Origin: Candidatus Poribacteria bacterium
GTDB taxonomy: Bacteria > Poribacteria > WGA-4E > PCPOR2b
Length of the DNA: 64,000 nt
Direction: 5' to 3'
Assembly (NCBI GenBank): GCA_965116925.1
Contig: OZ220744.1
Coordinates: 2,880,001-2,944,000, forward strand
The notes below the pieces were generated by a model. That model was not told the DNA's origin. It saw only the letters and a list, made by a program, of their open reading frames with translations, and did not search any database. Both the position numbers and the translations under genes were made by a program. Below, piece after piece: positions 48,656-59,359 of this stretch (the first letter of the stretch is position 1; each line of letters starts with the position of its first letter).

Positions 48656-49693
48656 CTAATCGCTGTGGCTGGCAAGACTCTCCCCATAGGGAGGGTGAGC
48701 GACGCCTTTTTCTGTGATGATCGCTGTAATGAGGTGGGCGGGGGTAACATCAAAGGCGGGACTATAGACTTTGACCCCTTCGGGTGCTGTCCTGCTACCG
48801 AAACCTTCCGTCACTTCTTCGGCAGCGCGTTGTTCAATCGGAATCAGATCGCCGGTTTCGAGAGAGAAGTCAAGCGTTGACGTCGGCGCAGCAACATAGA
48901 AAGGGATGTCGTGTGCCTTTGCCAATATCGCAACGTTATAGGTTCCAATTTTGTTGGCGGTGTCGCCGTTTGCGGCAATCCGATCTGCGCCAACAATGAC
49001 ACACTGGATCTTTCCTTCCTTCATAACCTGTGCAGCCATGTTGTCACAAATCAACGTCACATCAATCCCTGCCTGCATAAGTTCCCACGCTGTCAACCGT
49101 GCGCCTTGCAACAACGGGCGAGTCTCATCAGCGTAAACACTGATGTTCTTTCCTGACTCATGTGCAGAGAACATAACCGCTAGTGCTGTGCCGTAATCAG
49201 AGGTAGCGAGTCCTCCTGCATTGCAATGTGTCAAAATAGTGTCGCCATTACGGAGGAGATTTAATCCGTGTTGACCAATAGCGCGACATTTTGATCGGTC
49301 CTCTTCAATAATGCTTTGCGCTTCATCAAGGAGAACACCTTTGAGTTGCTCAATCTCAAGGTCTTTATGCTTTTCCGCTGTATCCTCAATGCGCTCCAGC
49401 GCCCAAAATAGGTTCACTGCCGTCGGGCGTGAGGTCGCCAGATAATCTGTAACCTTTTTGAGCTCGGCTGCAAAGTCAGAGTAGTTAGTCGCCTTTGACT
49501 GCCAGATCCCAAGTACCGCCCCCAACGCGCCTGCAATACCAATCGCAGGCGCGCCACGAACCCGAAGTGATTTAATCGCCTCCCAAACGCTTTCTACATC
49601 GTCACAATAAATCTGATTGAATTCATTTGGCAGCAAAGTCTGATCGATCAAGTGGATTCTACCATCAACCCATTCAATTGTCGGAATCGGCAT
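48656..49693 (-). CDS. mtnA: S-methyl-5-thioribose-1-phosphate isomerase
   Basis: VRGAPAIG, SRPTAVNL, THCNAGGLAT, DETRPLLQGARLT, GDTANKIGT. Confidence 0.95.
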   Translation of the reverse strand: MPIPTIEWVDGRIHLIDQTLLPNEFNQIYCDDVESVWEAIKSLRVRGAPAIGIAGALGAVLGIWQSKATNYSDFAAELKKVTDYLATSRPTAVNLFWALERIEDTAEKHKDLEIEQLKGVLLDEAQSIIEEDRSKCRAIGQHGLNLLRNGDTILTHCNAGGLATSDYGTALAVMFSAHESGKNISVYADETRPLLQGARLTAWELMQAGIDVTLICDNMAAQVMKEGKIQCVIVGADRIAANGDTANKIGTYNVAILAKAHDIPFYVAAPTSTLDFSLETGDLIPIEQRAAEEVTEGFGSRTAPEGVKVYSPAFDVTPAHLITAIITEKGVAHPPYGESLASHSD

Positions 49694-50321
49694 CTTCCGC
49701 CTCTCCTTGGTCGTCATGATCTACCCGTTCAGCGTCCTCTTCTGCTGCACTGCTTTCTTCAAGATTTTCATTGATGCCTTCAGTGTCTTCGTCATCTTCA
49801 GGATCTTTGTCTATTCGGGCTTCGGGGCTACGGGGTTTAGGACCGCCAATATATGCTTCGTGTGCCTCCTTAATTACCTCTACCGTCTCAGCACGATTTA
49901 GCCAACCGGATAATTCAAAATAGGGTTCAAAAAACTGTACAATTTTTTTGAGTAACTTAACGTCTAGGTCAGAAATATCCTTGACCGAAGTGTAACGTTC
50001 ATCACCTAACATCACACAGATAACATGATGATCTCTGTCCTTACGTTTTAGTACACCAATGGGTCGCGCCTCACAGACATAGCCGGGGTGGCTCGCGTTG
50101 GCAGCAATCACCATAGCATTCAGAAAATGTCCATCTTCAGCAACTGTTTCTGGAATCCAACCGTACTCTGTGGGTACTGGCATACTAAATTCATATGCTA
50201 ATCGAAATTTTCTGCTTTTTGCATGGTAGCGATATTTTTTTCGGCTCCCCTTCGGCGCTTCGACAACAACATTGATGATTGAGGGTGCATGGCGTCCCAG
50301 AGAAATATCTCGCAAGTTCAT
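49674..50321 (-). CDS. Family I inorganic pyrophosphatase-like protein, degenerate active-site motif, acidic tail
   Basis: NVVVEAPKGSRKKY, YGWIPET, ARPIGVL; EDGHFLN in place of DGDPLD. Confidence 0.7.
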   Translation of the reverse strand: MNLRDISLGRHAPSIINVVVEAPKGSRKKYRYHAKSRKFRLAYEFSMPVPTEYGWIPETVAEDGHFLNAMVIAANASHPGYVCEARPIGVLKRKDRDHHVICVMLGDERYTSVKDISDLDVKLLKKIVQFFEPYFELSGWLNRAETVEVIKEAHEAYIGGPKPRSPEARIDKDPEDDEDTEGINENLEESSAAEEDAERVDHDDQGEAEDADSDN

Positions 50322-50580
50322 TCTTCTTCCCTGCCTTTGAGGATGTCCCCATGCAAGTGGGGAAAGGTTAACGGTGTCCGATAACCTTAAAGACCAAAAA
50401 TTCAAAGGAGGTAATGCAGCCCCTCCATGACTGATGAGGAAGGGAATGAACTAGCCCATTCCTCAACTCTTGTTGAACAGGACAAATCCTAAATAATTCA
50501 TCAATTCAATCCTGAAAATCCAGTAAACTTTAATCCAAAAGTTTCAAGTAATACCGTTTTGACTGACCAATAGTTTGCCC

Positions 50581-50609
50581 ATTATAGCACACCTCACATA
50601 ACCTTGCAA
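50581..50609 (-). promoter_or_regulatory. Probable promoter of the PPase-like/mtnA operon
   Basis: TTGCAA-N17-TATAAT on the minus strand. Confidence 0.55.
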
Positions 50610-50762
50610 CGGAAAAAATGGTCAATTATCATTTCTCATCTAATCAACATTCACAGGTCCAAAGGTTTGTTTTCAAACCCGTGTTGGGGTATAATATGCT
50701 ATCAACCTGAGAAATTGTCTGTGATTTTATAGCGTTTATACTTATGAAAAAATTCAAATGAG

Positions 50763-51902
50763 ATGCTCCTACTCTGTATATCCCTATTGAGCTTTACCTT
50801 TACTTCACAAGTCGCTTTGAATCCCGATGTAATCGGGACAACAGTGGATATACCTGATGCAAATCTGGAAAGTGTGCTTCGATTAAAGTTAGATATCTCT
50901 TCCGATCCGCTCACCGACAGCGATCTGGCAAGGGTCACACACCTTTCGGTGATACACACAGAGATCGCTAATCTAGAGGGATTGGAGTATTGCAGAAACT
51001 TGGTGCATCTTAGCCTGATTGGCGTAAAAGTCAAAGATATCCGTCCAATCGCAAAGTTAAAAAAACTGCGGTGGCTTGATCTGGGCAATAATCAGGTCAG
51101 CGACATTTATCCAATCGCAAAGCTAGAGAATCTTCGGTGGCTCGACTTGAACAGCAATCAGATTCGTGATATTCAGCCCCTTGCTAGACTGATAAATCTG
51201 GAACGACTTGACTTGAATAATAATCAGGTTCGTGATATTCAATCGCTTGCTGAACTGATAAATCTGGAACGACTTTACCTAAATAACAACCAGATTCGTG
51301 ATATTCAACCGCTCACTGAATTGATAAACTTGGAGAGTCTCGACCTACCCAAGAATCAGATTCGTGATATTCAGCCACTAGGCGGGTTGGAAAATCTGAA
51401 ATGGCTTTATCTCGGCGAAAACCAGATTGATGACATTCGTCCCATTGCAAAATTAGAAAATATAGAAAGACTCTACCTCGAAGTAAATCAAATTCGCGAT
51501 GTGAGTCCGATCGCCGGACTGAAAAAGCTGTTTCGGCTTAACCTGAATGAAAATCAGATCAACGATGTTCATCCACTTGCAGAATCAGCAAATCTCGAAC
51601 GACTTGAGCTAACTGACAATCAAATTCGGGATGTGCATCCCCTCGCTAGGTTAAAAAACCTGAAGTGGCTTTATCTGGCAAAAAATCGGATCCGCGATGT
51701 CAGTGCCCTCGCAGAATTGGTAAACTTATATGAACTCGATCTAAAGGAGAATCAAATCCACGATATTTATCCATTGGTCAACAATCCTGGGATCGGACAC
51801 GGCGATGTCATCTCCGTGGAATCCAATCCTTTGAATGAAAGCTCTATCAAGAATCATATTCCTAGATTAAAGGCAAAAGGTGTACATTTTTCTGAGGATT
51901 AA
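50763..51902 (+). CDS. Internalin-like leucine-rich-repeat protein
   Basis: IPDANLE cap; 22-aa LDLNNNQIRDIQPLA repeats; N-terminal hydrophobic segment. Confidence 0.88.
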   Translation: MLLLCISLLSFTFTSQVALNPDVIGTTVDIPDANLESVLRLKLDISSDPLTDSDLARVTHLSVIHTEIANLEGLEYCRNLVHLSLIGVKVKDIRPIAKLKKLRWLDLGNNQVSDIYPIAKLENLRWLDLNSNQIRDIQPLARLINLERLDLNNNQVRDIQSLAELINLERLYLNNNQIRDIQPLTELINLESLDLPKNQIRDIQPLGGLENLKWLYLGENQIDDIRPIAKLENIERLYLEVNQIRDVSPIAGLKKLFRLNLNENQINDVHPLAESANLERLELTDNQIRDVHPLARLKNLKWLYLAKNRIRDVSALAELVNLYELDLKENQIHDIYPLVNNPGIGHGDVISVESNPLNESSIKNHIPRLKAKGVHFSED

Positions 51903-51946
51903 CTTAACATGTATAATACTTTTGAGAATAGCTTGGAGGTTACAAC

Positions 51947-53095
51947 ATGGCTTACGATTTGTTAATCAAAGGCGGCACCTTGATTGATCCCGCACGAAAT
52001 ATTCACGCAAACAAAGATGTAGCATTTTCAAACGGTGTTGTCGCTGAAGTAGATGACAACTTATCAAAAACAGATGCGCTTGAGGTATTGGATGCCAGTG
52101 GCTGTCTTGTCACGCCGGGCATGATTGATCTGCACGTTCACGTGTTCTACGGCGTCAGTCATTTTGGTATCGAACCGGACCCAACCTGTTTGGCAAAGGG
52201 TGCGACAACGGTGGTTGATGCAGGTTCGGCGGGTGCCGATATTTTTCCCGGCTTTCGCAAGTATGTGATCGACGTGAGTGAAACGCGGATCTTGGCGCAA
52301 ATTAATATCTCGTCGCAGGGGATGTTGACTCAAGAAATCGGCGAGTTTGAAATCCCCGAATATGCCGATGTAGACAAAGCCTGTGCGATGATTGAAAAGC
52401 ATCGCGATGTAATTTTGGGGGTGAAGGTGCGACTGACAAAACATAGTATTGTCAGTGAACGGTCAGGGATGATTCCGCTGCACCATGCACGCGAAGCCGC
52501 AGATGCAGCAGGTCTACCCATTATGGTGCATCCGCAAGACGCTTGGTGCGATTCAATCGATGACATCTTGGCGGTCATGGGTGAGCGGGACATCGTGACC
52601 CACTGCTTCCATGGGAGTAGATGTGGTATCTTGGACGATGACAGGAAGGTTCGTAAGTCAGTACACGAGGCGATGGAGCGCGGTGTTGTCTTTGATGTGG
52701 GGCACGGTGCGGGATCTTTCTCCTGGGATACTGTCGAAACCGCAATGAGCCAAGGGGTCGCACCACAAACCATCTCATCAGACCTGCATATTTACAATGT
52801 CAACGGTCCCGTCTATGACTTGGCGAATGTCGTGACAAAATTCCTCCATCTCGGTATGCCGCTCGACGACGCTATCGCAAAGGTTACTTCAGTGCCGGCG
52901 GAGGTGATTCTGATGTCGGACAAAATCGGCACACTGGCACCCGGTGCGTGGGGAGATGCGATTATCTCTGAACTGCGCGAAGGCGAATTCCAACTGATGG
53001 ATTCGCGTGGTGAAACCCGTATCAGCAGACAGAATTTTGTGCCGATTACCGTTGTCAAGGGCGGGCGGGTATACCGTCAAGGTCATAAGGGATAA
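51947..53095 (+). CDS. Amidohydrolase/deacetylase family metallohydrolase (dihydroorotase-like)
   Basis: PGMIDLHVH, DAGSAG, GVKVR, THCFHG, FDVGHGAGSF, ISSDLH. Confidence 0.88.
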   Translation: MAYDLLIKGGTLIDPARNIHANKDVAFSNGVVAEVDDNLSKTDALEVLDASGCLVTPGMIDLHVHVFYGVSHFGIEPDPTCLAKGATTVVDAGSAGADIFPGFRKYVIDVSETRILAQINISSQGMLTQEIGEFEIPEYADVDKACAMIEKHRDVILGVKVRLTKHSIVSERSGMIPLHHAREAADAAGLPIMVHPQDAWCDSIDDILAVMGERDIVTHCFHGSRCGILDDDRKVRKSVHEAMERGVVFDVGHGAGSFSWDTVETAMSQGVAPQTISSDLHIYNVNGPVYDLANVVTKFLHLGMPLDDAIAKVTSVPAEVILMSDKIGTLAPGAWGDAIISELREGEFQLMDSRGETRISRQNFVPITVVKGGRVYRQGHKG

Positions 53096-53139
53096 CGGGC
53101 TTTCTTCCCTATCCTAACGTTCATTTGGTGAGGAGAAAA

Positions 53140-54588
53140 ATGGCATATTCCAGTCTGAGAGATTTTGTAAAAGCGTTAGAACAAGCAGGCGAATTAAAGC
53201 GAATCAAAGCCGAAGTCTCCCCTGACCTTGAGATCACACAGATCACGGATCGGGTGAGTAAGGCTGAAGGGCCCGCACTGCTGTTTGAAAACGTTGAAGG
53301 CAGCGACATGCCACTGCTGATCAACGCTTTTGGTTCCTACAAGCGGATGGCAATGGCACTCGACGTTGAAGATATAGACGAAATCGCCGATGAAATTGAA
53401 GACATGATCAAACTCGGTCCCCCAGAATCACTACTCGACAAGGTGAAACTCCTCGGTATTCTGAGCAAACTGACAAAATTCCCACCAAAAACGGTCAAGC
53501 GCGGTGCGTGCCAGGATGTAGTTTTGACCGGCAACGAAATTTCATTAGATCGCATCCCGCTCATCAAATGCTGGCCCCTTGATGCGGACAAATATATTAC
53601 CCTGCCGCAGGTTTTCACACATAGTCTGAAAACGGGGCAACGCAATGTCGGCACGTACCGGCTGCAGAAACTTGATGAACGGACGTTGGCAATGCACTGG
53701 CAGATCCACCATGATGGTGCCGGACATCACCGCGAATACCGCGAGGCGGGTGAGCGGATGCCGGTTGCTGTCGCTATTGGGGGCGATCCAGTCATGTCTT
53801 ATATCGGTACGGCTCCACTTCCGAGCGGTATTGACGAACTCCTATTTGCAGGATTTCTTCGTGAAGCCAATGTGCCAATGGTTCCGTGCAAAACCATCGA
53901 TATGCTAGTTCCCGCAGATGCGGACATCGTGATTGAAGGATATATCGAACCGGACGAAACCTGCATTGAAGGGCCCTTCGGTGATCACACCGGCTACTAC
54001 TCCCTTGCGGACGAATATCCCGTCTTTCACATCACCGCTATCACGCACCGCAAACACCCCATCTACCAGACAATCATCGTCGGCAAACCGCCGATGGAGG
54101 ATTGTTACATGGGCAAGGCAACGGAGCGAATCTTCATGCCGTTGATCCGGACACAACTACCGGAGTTAGTCGATATGAACCTGCCGTTGTTCGGTGTATT
54201 CCATAACTTTGCTTTAATTTCTATCGACAAACGTTACCCCTACCATGCAAAGAAGATTATGCACAGCCTGTGGGGGCTTGGTCAACTGATGTTCAGTAAG
54301 ATTATTATCGTCGTTGACAAAGATGTTGATGTGCAGAATGTCGATGAAGTGCTTTTCCGCGTTGGCAGCAACGTTGACCCCAAGCGAGATGTAACCATCG
54401 TTGAGGGTCCCGTTGATGTCCTTGATCACGCTGCACCATTGATGGGCGCAGGATCGAAGATGGGGATCGATGCAACGACCAAATGGCGTGAGGAAGGTTA
54501 CCAGCGGGAGTGGCCCGATGAAATCAAGATGTCTCAGGAAATTATTGATCTAGTAGAACAGCGGTGGAAGGAATATAGGATTGAGTGA
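53140..54588 (+). CDS. UbiD-family prenyl-FMN decarboxylase (menaquinone biosynthesis decarboxylase type)
   Basis: GPALLFENV, RNVGTYR, MHWQIHHDG, EGPFGDHTGYY, GKPPMED, GSKMGIDAT. Confidence 0.92.
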   Translation: MAYSSLRDFVKALEQAGELKRIKAEVSPDLEITQITDRVSKAEGPALLFENVEGSDMPLLINAFGSYKRMAMALDVEDIDEIADEIEDMIKLGPPESLLDKVKLLGILSKLTKFPPKTVKRGACQDVVLTGNEISLDRIPLIKCWPLDADKYITLPQVFTHSLKTGQRNVGTYRLQKLDERTLAMHWQIHHDGAGHHREYREAGERMPVAVAIGGDPVMSYIGTAPLPSGIDELLFAGFLREANVPMVPCKTIDMLVPADADIVIEGYIEPDETCIEGPFGDHTGYYSLADEYPVFHITAITHRKHPIYQTIIVGKPPMEDCYMGKATERIFMPLIRTQLPELVDMNLPLFGVFHNFALISIDKRYPYHAKKIMHSLWGLGQLMFSKIIIVVDKDVDVQNVDEVLFRVGSNVDPKRDVTIVEGPVDVLDHAAPLMGAGSKMGIDATTKWREEGYQREWPDEIKMSQEIIDLVEQRWKEYRIE

Positions 54589-54689
54589 ACCACCAAACAT
54601 GATGGTTTTCGTGAACGCTCGCAAGATCGAATTTTCAGCAGGTTTGTTGTGAGAAAATATATCTTACACTATAGGATGGAGGCACAAAC

Positions 54690-55769
54690 ATGCAAACTTA
54701 CCGCGCCGCTGTTATCGGCTGTAGCCGGATGGGGGCATTTATTGACAATGAAGTACCCGATTATCAAGCAATTCCGTTGCCGTATTCGCACGCGGCGGGC
54801 TTCTATGCCGAAGAGCGAACAGATCTCGTCGCTTGTTCAGATCTGCGTCCAGATGTCATGGAGGTATTCGGAGAACGGTACGATGTACCCAAAGAACGAC
54901 AATACACTGACTATCGGGAACTCATCGAAAAAGAGAACTTGGACATTGTGAGTGTGGCAACGCAGCCGGAACACCGCGCCGAAGTTGTCATCCACGCCGT
55001 AGAACACGGGGTCAAAGCAATCTACGCGGAGAAGGCGATGGCAGCTTCGATGGCCGAGGCGGACGCAATGGTGGAAGCGGTAGAACGCAACGGGGCTTTC
55101 TTCAACTTGGGCACAAACCGCCGTTGGCACACCGGCTTCGATAAGATGAAGGAGGTTATCGACAGCGGTGAATTGGGAGCCCTCAAGACCCTAATCATCT
55201 ACGGTAACCACTCGCTTTTTAACGGTTCCAGCCATCAGTTCGATCTGATCCTGCGTCTGAATAGCGACCACCGCGCTTTGTGGGCATCTGCCCATATCAC
55301 CAATGACGACAGCATCTTCGACGGTAATATTGTTCGGGAAGATCCGAATGGTCAGGGGATAATTCAATTTGAGAACGACGTCACGGCACATGCCCTCCTC
55401 TCTCCACGTGGTAGCGAATGGGAGGCAATCTGTGACAGAGGGATTGTGACATGCTGGAACAATGGTTGGCAGTGGCACATTCGACGCGAAGCCGACGTTC
55501 CGGGGTGGCGCAACTGCTTTGTGCCGGAGCCTTTCCCTGAGTTTGAACAAACGAGCAGCACGGCGAATCTCATCAAAGATCTGGTTCACTCACTCGATAC
55601 CGGCGAGCCATCACGCTGCGGCGTCCGTGTGGCACACGCAAGCACGGAATTAATCTTTGCATTCATGGAATCGCATCTACAGAACGGGGCAAGAGTTCAG
55701 CTACCGTTGAAGGGGTCAAAGCTGCGGATGGAGAGAGATCGTGCTCCAAGGCAACCGAGGTTTCAGTAG
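54690..55769 (+). CDS. Gfo/Idh/MocA family oxidoreductase
   Basis: AAVIGCSRMG, DIVSVAT, KAIYAEKAMA. Confidence 0.88.
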   Translation: MQTYRAAVIGCSRMGAFIDNEVPDYQAIPLPYSHAAGFYAEERTDLVACSDLRPDVMEVFGERYDVPKERQYTDYRELIEKENLDIVSVATQPEHRAEVVIHAVEHGVKAIYAEKAMAASMAEADAMVEAVERNGAFFNLGTNRRWHTGFDKMKEVIDSGELGALKTLIIYGNHSLFNGSSHQFDLILRLNSDHRALWASAHITNDDSIFDGNIVREDPNGQGIIQFENDVTAHALLSPRGSEWEAICDRGIVTCWNNGWQWHIRREADVPGWRNCFVPEPFPEFEQTSSTANLIKDLVHSLDTGEPSRCGVRVAHASTELIFAFMESHLQNGARVQLPLKGSKLRMERDRAPRQPRFQ

Positions 55770-55890
55770 AGAAACAAGGGAAGTCTCGCAGAATTGCATA
55801 CACGTTTCAATGAGATAGTCTCAGTCAATTAGATAATGTTCTTGAGTTTGCCACTGTGCAATGCTATAATGACAAGGAATTTCAAAACTA

Positions 55891-56877
55891 GTGGAGACAT
55901 ATACCGATCGAATCATTCAAGGCGATTGTCTCGAATTGTTTCGCCAAATTCCCGATAATAGCGTTGATATAACCTTCGCTGATCCACCCTTTAATCTGAA
56001 GAAGAAATATCACACCACAAGAGATAGCCTTGAGTTGGAAGAATATCTACATTGGTGCGAAAAATGGATTTCGGAGATGGTGCGTGTTACAAAGGAAACA
56101 GGGTCAATTTTTGTACATAACATCCCCAAATGGTTGACGTACTATGCGGGCTTTTTGAACAAACTCGCTGATTTTAAGCACTGGATTTCGTGGGATGCCC
56201 CCACAGCACCGATGGGGAAAACACTTCAACCCGCACATTACGGCATCCTATTTTATGCCAAAGATGCAAAGCAAAATAAATTTTACGAAATTCGTTATCC
56301 ACACAAACGTTGTCGTAAATGCAACTATTTGCATAAGGACTACGGCGGGAAAAAGGGGCTGTTGCATCCTTTTGGCCCGCTTGTTCCAGATACATGGACA
56401 GATATTCATAGGATAAAACACAACAAATATCGCGATCCACATCCGTGTCAACTGCCGATCCATTTGTTAGAACGTATCATCTTAATGTCTACTGATGAAG
56501 GCGATACAGTGCTTGATCCATTTTTGGGGACAGGTACAACAGCAATCGCTGCAAAGCGGCTTGGTCGACACTACATTGGTTTTGAACTCGATCAAACTTA
56601 CGCAACAATAGCACATGACAAAGTAAAACAACAGGTATTAGATTCCCGGGTTGGAGATGTATGGGTCAGTGTTCATTTAGACGACATTATCACAATCCGC
56701 GACCAAGATTGGGAGGCGTTACATCCAGAATTTTACAGTCCTAAGTCCCCCAAAGCAATTGATCACACTAAGATATTGTTAAAAAGCAAAATACCGCTCA
56801 TACCAACGGTTAATCAACAGGAAACACATCAAGAAGCACAATCGCGATTTCTAGAGAGTCGCAAAAACAATCAATAG
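55891..56877 (+). CDS. Site-specific DNA methyltransferase (N4-C/N6-A, beta class), no adjacent endonuclease
   Basis: FADPPFN (motif IV) precedes HPCQLP and VLDPFLGTGTT (motif I). Confidence 0.9.
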   Translation: METYTDRIIQGDCLELFRQIPDNSVDITFADPPFNLKKKYHTTRDSLELEEYLHWCEKWISEMVRVTKETGSIFVHNIPKWLTYYAGFLNKLADFKHWISWDAPTAPMGKTLQPAHYGILFYAKDAKQNKFYEIRYPHKRCRKCNYLHKDYGGKKGLLHPFGPLVPDTWTDIHRIKHNKYRDPHPCQLPIHLLERIILMSTDEGDTVLDPFLGTGTTAIAAKRLGRHYIGFELDQTYATIAHDKVKQQVLDSRVGDVWVSVHLDDIITIRDQDWEALHPEFYSPKSPKAIDHTKILLKSKIPLIPTVNQQETHQEAQSRFLESRKNNQ

Positions 56878-56888
56878 GGAGGGCTTTT

Positions 56889-57935
56889 ATGCCTACAGTC
56901 AATCATGATGTTTTACGAAAATTTGTTTATGATATGTATATCGGTGCAGGTGGAGTTGAGGAAGATGCTCGTATTGTCAGCAATCATGTTGTAGATTCCA
57001 ATCTGATGGGGCATGATTCACACGGCGTAATCAATGCGCCCAACTACGCAGGCGGGATGAGTGGCGGCACCTCAACGGATAAGATGGAAATTGTCCGTGA
57101 GACACCCGCAACAGCGGTGATAAACGCCAACGGTGGGCTCGGCATGGTCATCGCTCAGAAGGCGATGGAGATGGCGGTTGAAAAAGCGAAAACACACACA
57201 TTCGGCGGGATTGGACTCCACCGTTGCGGACACGCCGGACGGATGGGAACGTATCCCACAATCGCCGCAAAAGAGGGGATGATCGGGCTCGTTTTCCTAA
57301 ATGGAGGCGGACGATTTATGCACCCCTTCGGCGGCACATCCCGAAGGCTCCCACCCAACCCAATTGCGATCGCAGTCCCCCGCAAAAATGGCGAACCGTT
57401 GATGCTTGATGCGACGATGAGTGTTGTTGCAGGCGGAAAAATACTGGTCCAACGTGCACGTGATGAAGAGATGCCAGAAGGTTGGATGATTGACTCAGAA
57501 GGAAACACAGTGACTGATCCGAACGCGTTCATAGACCGTCATGATGATACAGCGGTAATGCCGGTAGGCGGTTTTCAGTTCGGGCACAAGGGCTTCGGCT
57601 TAGGATTTATGATTGATGCCATCGCCGGTGGGCTTTCGTGGGCAGGTTGTAGTCGTCAAGAACCCACACGTGGCGCAAGCGGGATTGTGATGATCGCTAT
57701 CAAGATTCAGGATTTCATCGATCTTGATGTCTACCAACAGGAGACCGAGTATCTCACAGAATGGATAAAGTCCTCCGAAAAACTGCCCGGTGTTGATGAA
57801 GTGTTCGCTCCCGGCGAGTTTGAAGAACGGAGCCGTGAACAGCGCATAAGAGATGGGATCCCAATCGAACAGAAAACGTGGGATCGGCTGGTCGAAGCGG
57901 CTGCCTCCCATGGCGTTTCAGCCCCAGCAGTCTAA
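56889..57935 (+). CDS. Ldh_2 family (malate/L-lactate-type) oxidoreductase
   Basis: GHDSHGV, HAGRMG, PFGG...NPIAIAVP, GHKGFGL. Confidence 0.9.
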   Translation: MPTVNHDVLRKFVYDMYIGAGGVEEDARIVSNHVVDSNLMGHDSHGVINAPNYAGGMSGGTSTDKMEIVRETPATAVINANGGLGMVIAQKAMEMAVEKAKTHTFGGIGLHRCGHAGRMGTYPTIAAKEGMIGLVFLNGGGRFMHPFGGTSRRLPPNPIAIAVPRKNGEPLMLDATMSVVAGGKILVQRARDEEMPEGWMIDSEGNTVTDPNAFIDRHDDTAVMPVGGFQFGHKGFGLGFMIDAIAGGLSWAGCSRQEPTRGASGIVMIAIKIQDFIDLDVYQQETEYLTEWIKSSEKLPGVDEVFAPGEFEERSREQRIRDGIPIEQKTWDRLVEAAASHGVSAPAV

Positions 57936-57950
57936 AAGTAAACGCTCATG

Positions 57951-58068
57951 TTAAGATTTGGTGCAAAGAAACCGAATTTTTTCAACCCCCCTGCGAAGCT
58001 CCCCTTCGCTGCCCCCCTGTCAGGGGGGTCAACCTCGGTTTCTCTTCGTGCTTTGCACTTTCTTTTTT
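57951..58068. repeat. Dispersed hairpin repeat, copy 2
   Basis: Matches 19406-19497 with a longer centre (CCCCCCTGTCAGGGGGG palindrome). Confidence 0.75.
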
Positions 58069-58184
58069 CATGAGCCAAAATAAAAACAAACCTCACCAAT
58101 AGTGAGGCGATCCGCCAGCATTCAAACAGTATCAATTAGACCGGGGACTTAACTCAACTGGATAGCTACTCTGGAGACAGGAAG

Positions 58185-59345
58185 ATGATTACGAAGTTTG
58201 GCTCACTATTCGCAGGGCATGTTGATCTGAAAGATGTAGGGCTTGATGCTCCCCCTGTCAACGAACGTTGGCTCTCCGACCAACATATAGCAACCGTATT
58301 CGACAAGACCCAAGCCATCGCGCAGATCATGGACCGAAACGGCTACGAAACCCTTTGGCTGGCTGAACACCACTTTCAGCGCGAAGGGTACGAGTGCATC
58401 CCTAACATTCTGATGCTCGGTGTCCACCTCGCTCACCTAACGCAGACGCTCAAGATCGGGTGCGCTTTCAACGTGACGCCGATGTGGCACCCACTACGAC
58501 TAGCAGAAGACTATGCGACCGCAGACCTCCTCACGGGTGGACGTATCGTTTTTGGCGTGGGACGAGGCTACCATACACGCGAGGTTGAAGTCTTTGGCGC
58601 ACCTCTACTCGATGGAGACGCCAATCGCGAGATGTTCGAGGAACAAATTGACATCATCTTTAAGTCATTTAATGAGCCGTCCTTCTCCCATCACGGCAAG
58701 TACTACGACATCCCGCCGAAGGTTCCGTATCGTGGGTATGAATTGGAGGAAATCACACTGGTGCCGCGTCCCCTCAAGCGACCTGTTGAGTGCTGGCAGC
58801 CTATCGTCAGTGCCAGTGAACGCGGACTCAACCTTATGGCAAAACACGGCATCAAGGGGATGATCGGCGGCGGTGCTGCTGCGGGCGGTGCCGCAGAGAA
58901 AGTGATACAGGCTTGGCAGCAAGTACAGGCGAATCACGGCAGGGAAATGGAACTGGGTGGTGACCTTATTATCGGCTTCTCCTACCACATTGCCGATACG
59001 GAGGAAAAGGCGATCGAGGAGGCGAGTAGCTACTTTGAAGAGCACATGAAGATGTTCGCGCCTCTGGGATTCGTGCGCGGATTGACGGACGAGCAGATTG
59101 CGGCGACAGCAGATCCGCAACAGGCGCGGACCGCCGGTTTACCCACGCTGCGGGATGCTGTAGAGGCAGGTTCGTGGCTGTGTGGACCGCCGGAGTTGAT
59201 TATTGAAAAACTGATGGACGTTCAAAAACGCTATCCCGGACTTGATCAAGTGACCGTCAACAACGCCGTAGGAACACCAGAGGGTGTGATTCTAGAACAA
59301 CTTGACCGATTCGCCAAAGAGGTCATGCCCACATTCAAAAACTAA
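58185..59345 (+). CDS. LLM-class (luciferase-like) flavin-dependent oxidoreductase
   Basis: WLAEHHF, HPLRLAEDYATADLLTGGRIVFGVGRGY, FAKEVMP. Confidence 0.92.
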   Translation: MITKFGSLFAGHVDLKDVGLDAPPVNERWLSDQHIATVFDKTQAIAQIMDRNGYETLWLAEHHFQREGYECIPNILMLGVHLAHLTQTLKIGCAFNVTPMWHPLRLAEDYATADLLTGGRIVFGVGRGYHTREVEVFGAPLLDGDANREMFEEQIDIIFKSFNEPSFSHHGKYYDIPPKVPYRGYELEEITLVPRPLKRPVECWQPIVSASERGLNLMAKHGIKGMIGGGAAAGGAAEKVIQAWQQVQANHGREMELGGDLIIGFSYHIADTEEKAIEEASSYFEEHMKMFAPLGFVRGLTDEQIAATADPQQARTAGLPTLRDAVEAGSWLCGPPELIIEKLMDVQKRYPGLDQVTVNNAVGTPEGVILEQLDRFAKEVMPTFKN

Positions 59346-59359
59346 TGCACCGGCCTACC

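Noticed and set aside
50405..50470. Fluoride riboswitch upstream of the PPase-like gene
   Set aside because: Hairpins exist but the conserved GAUG/GUUC core and pseudoknot were not found
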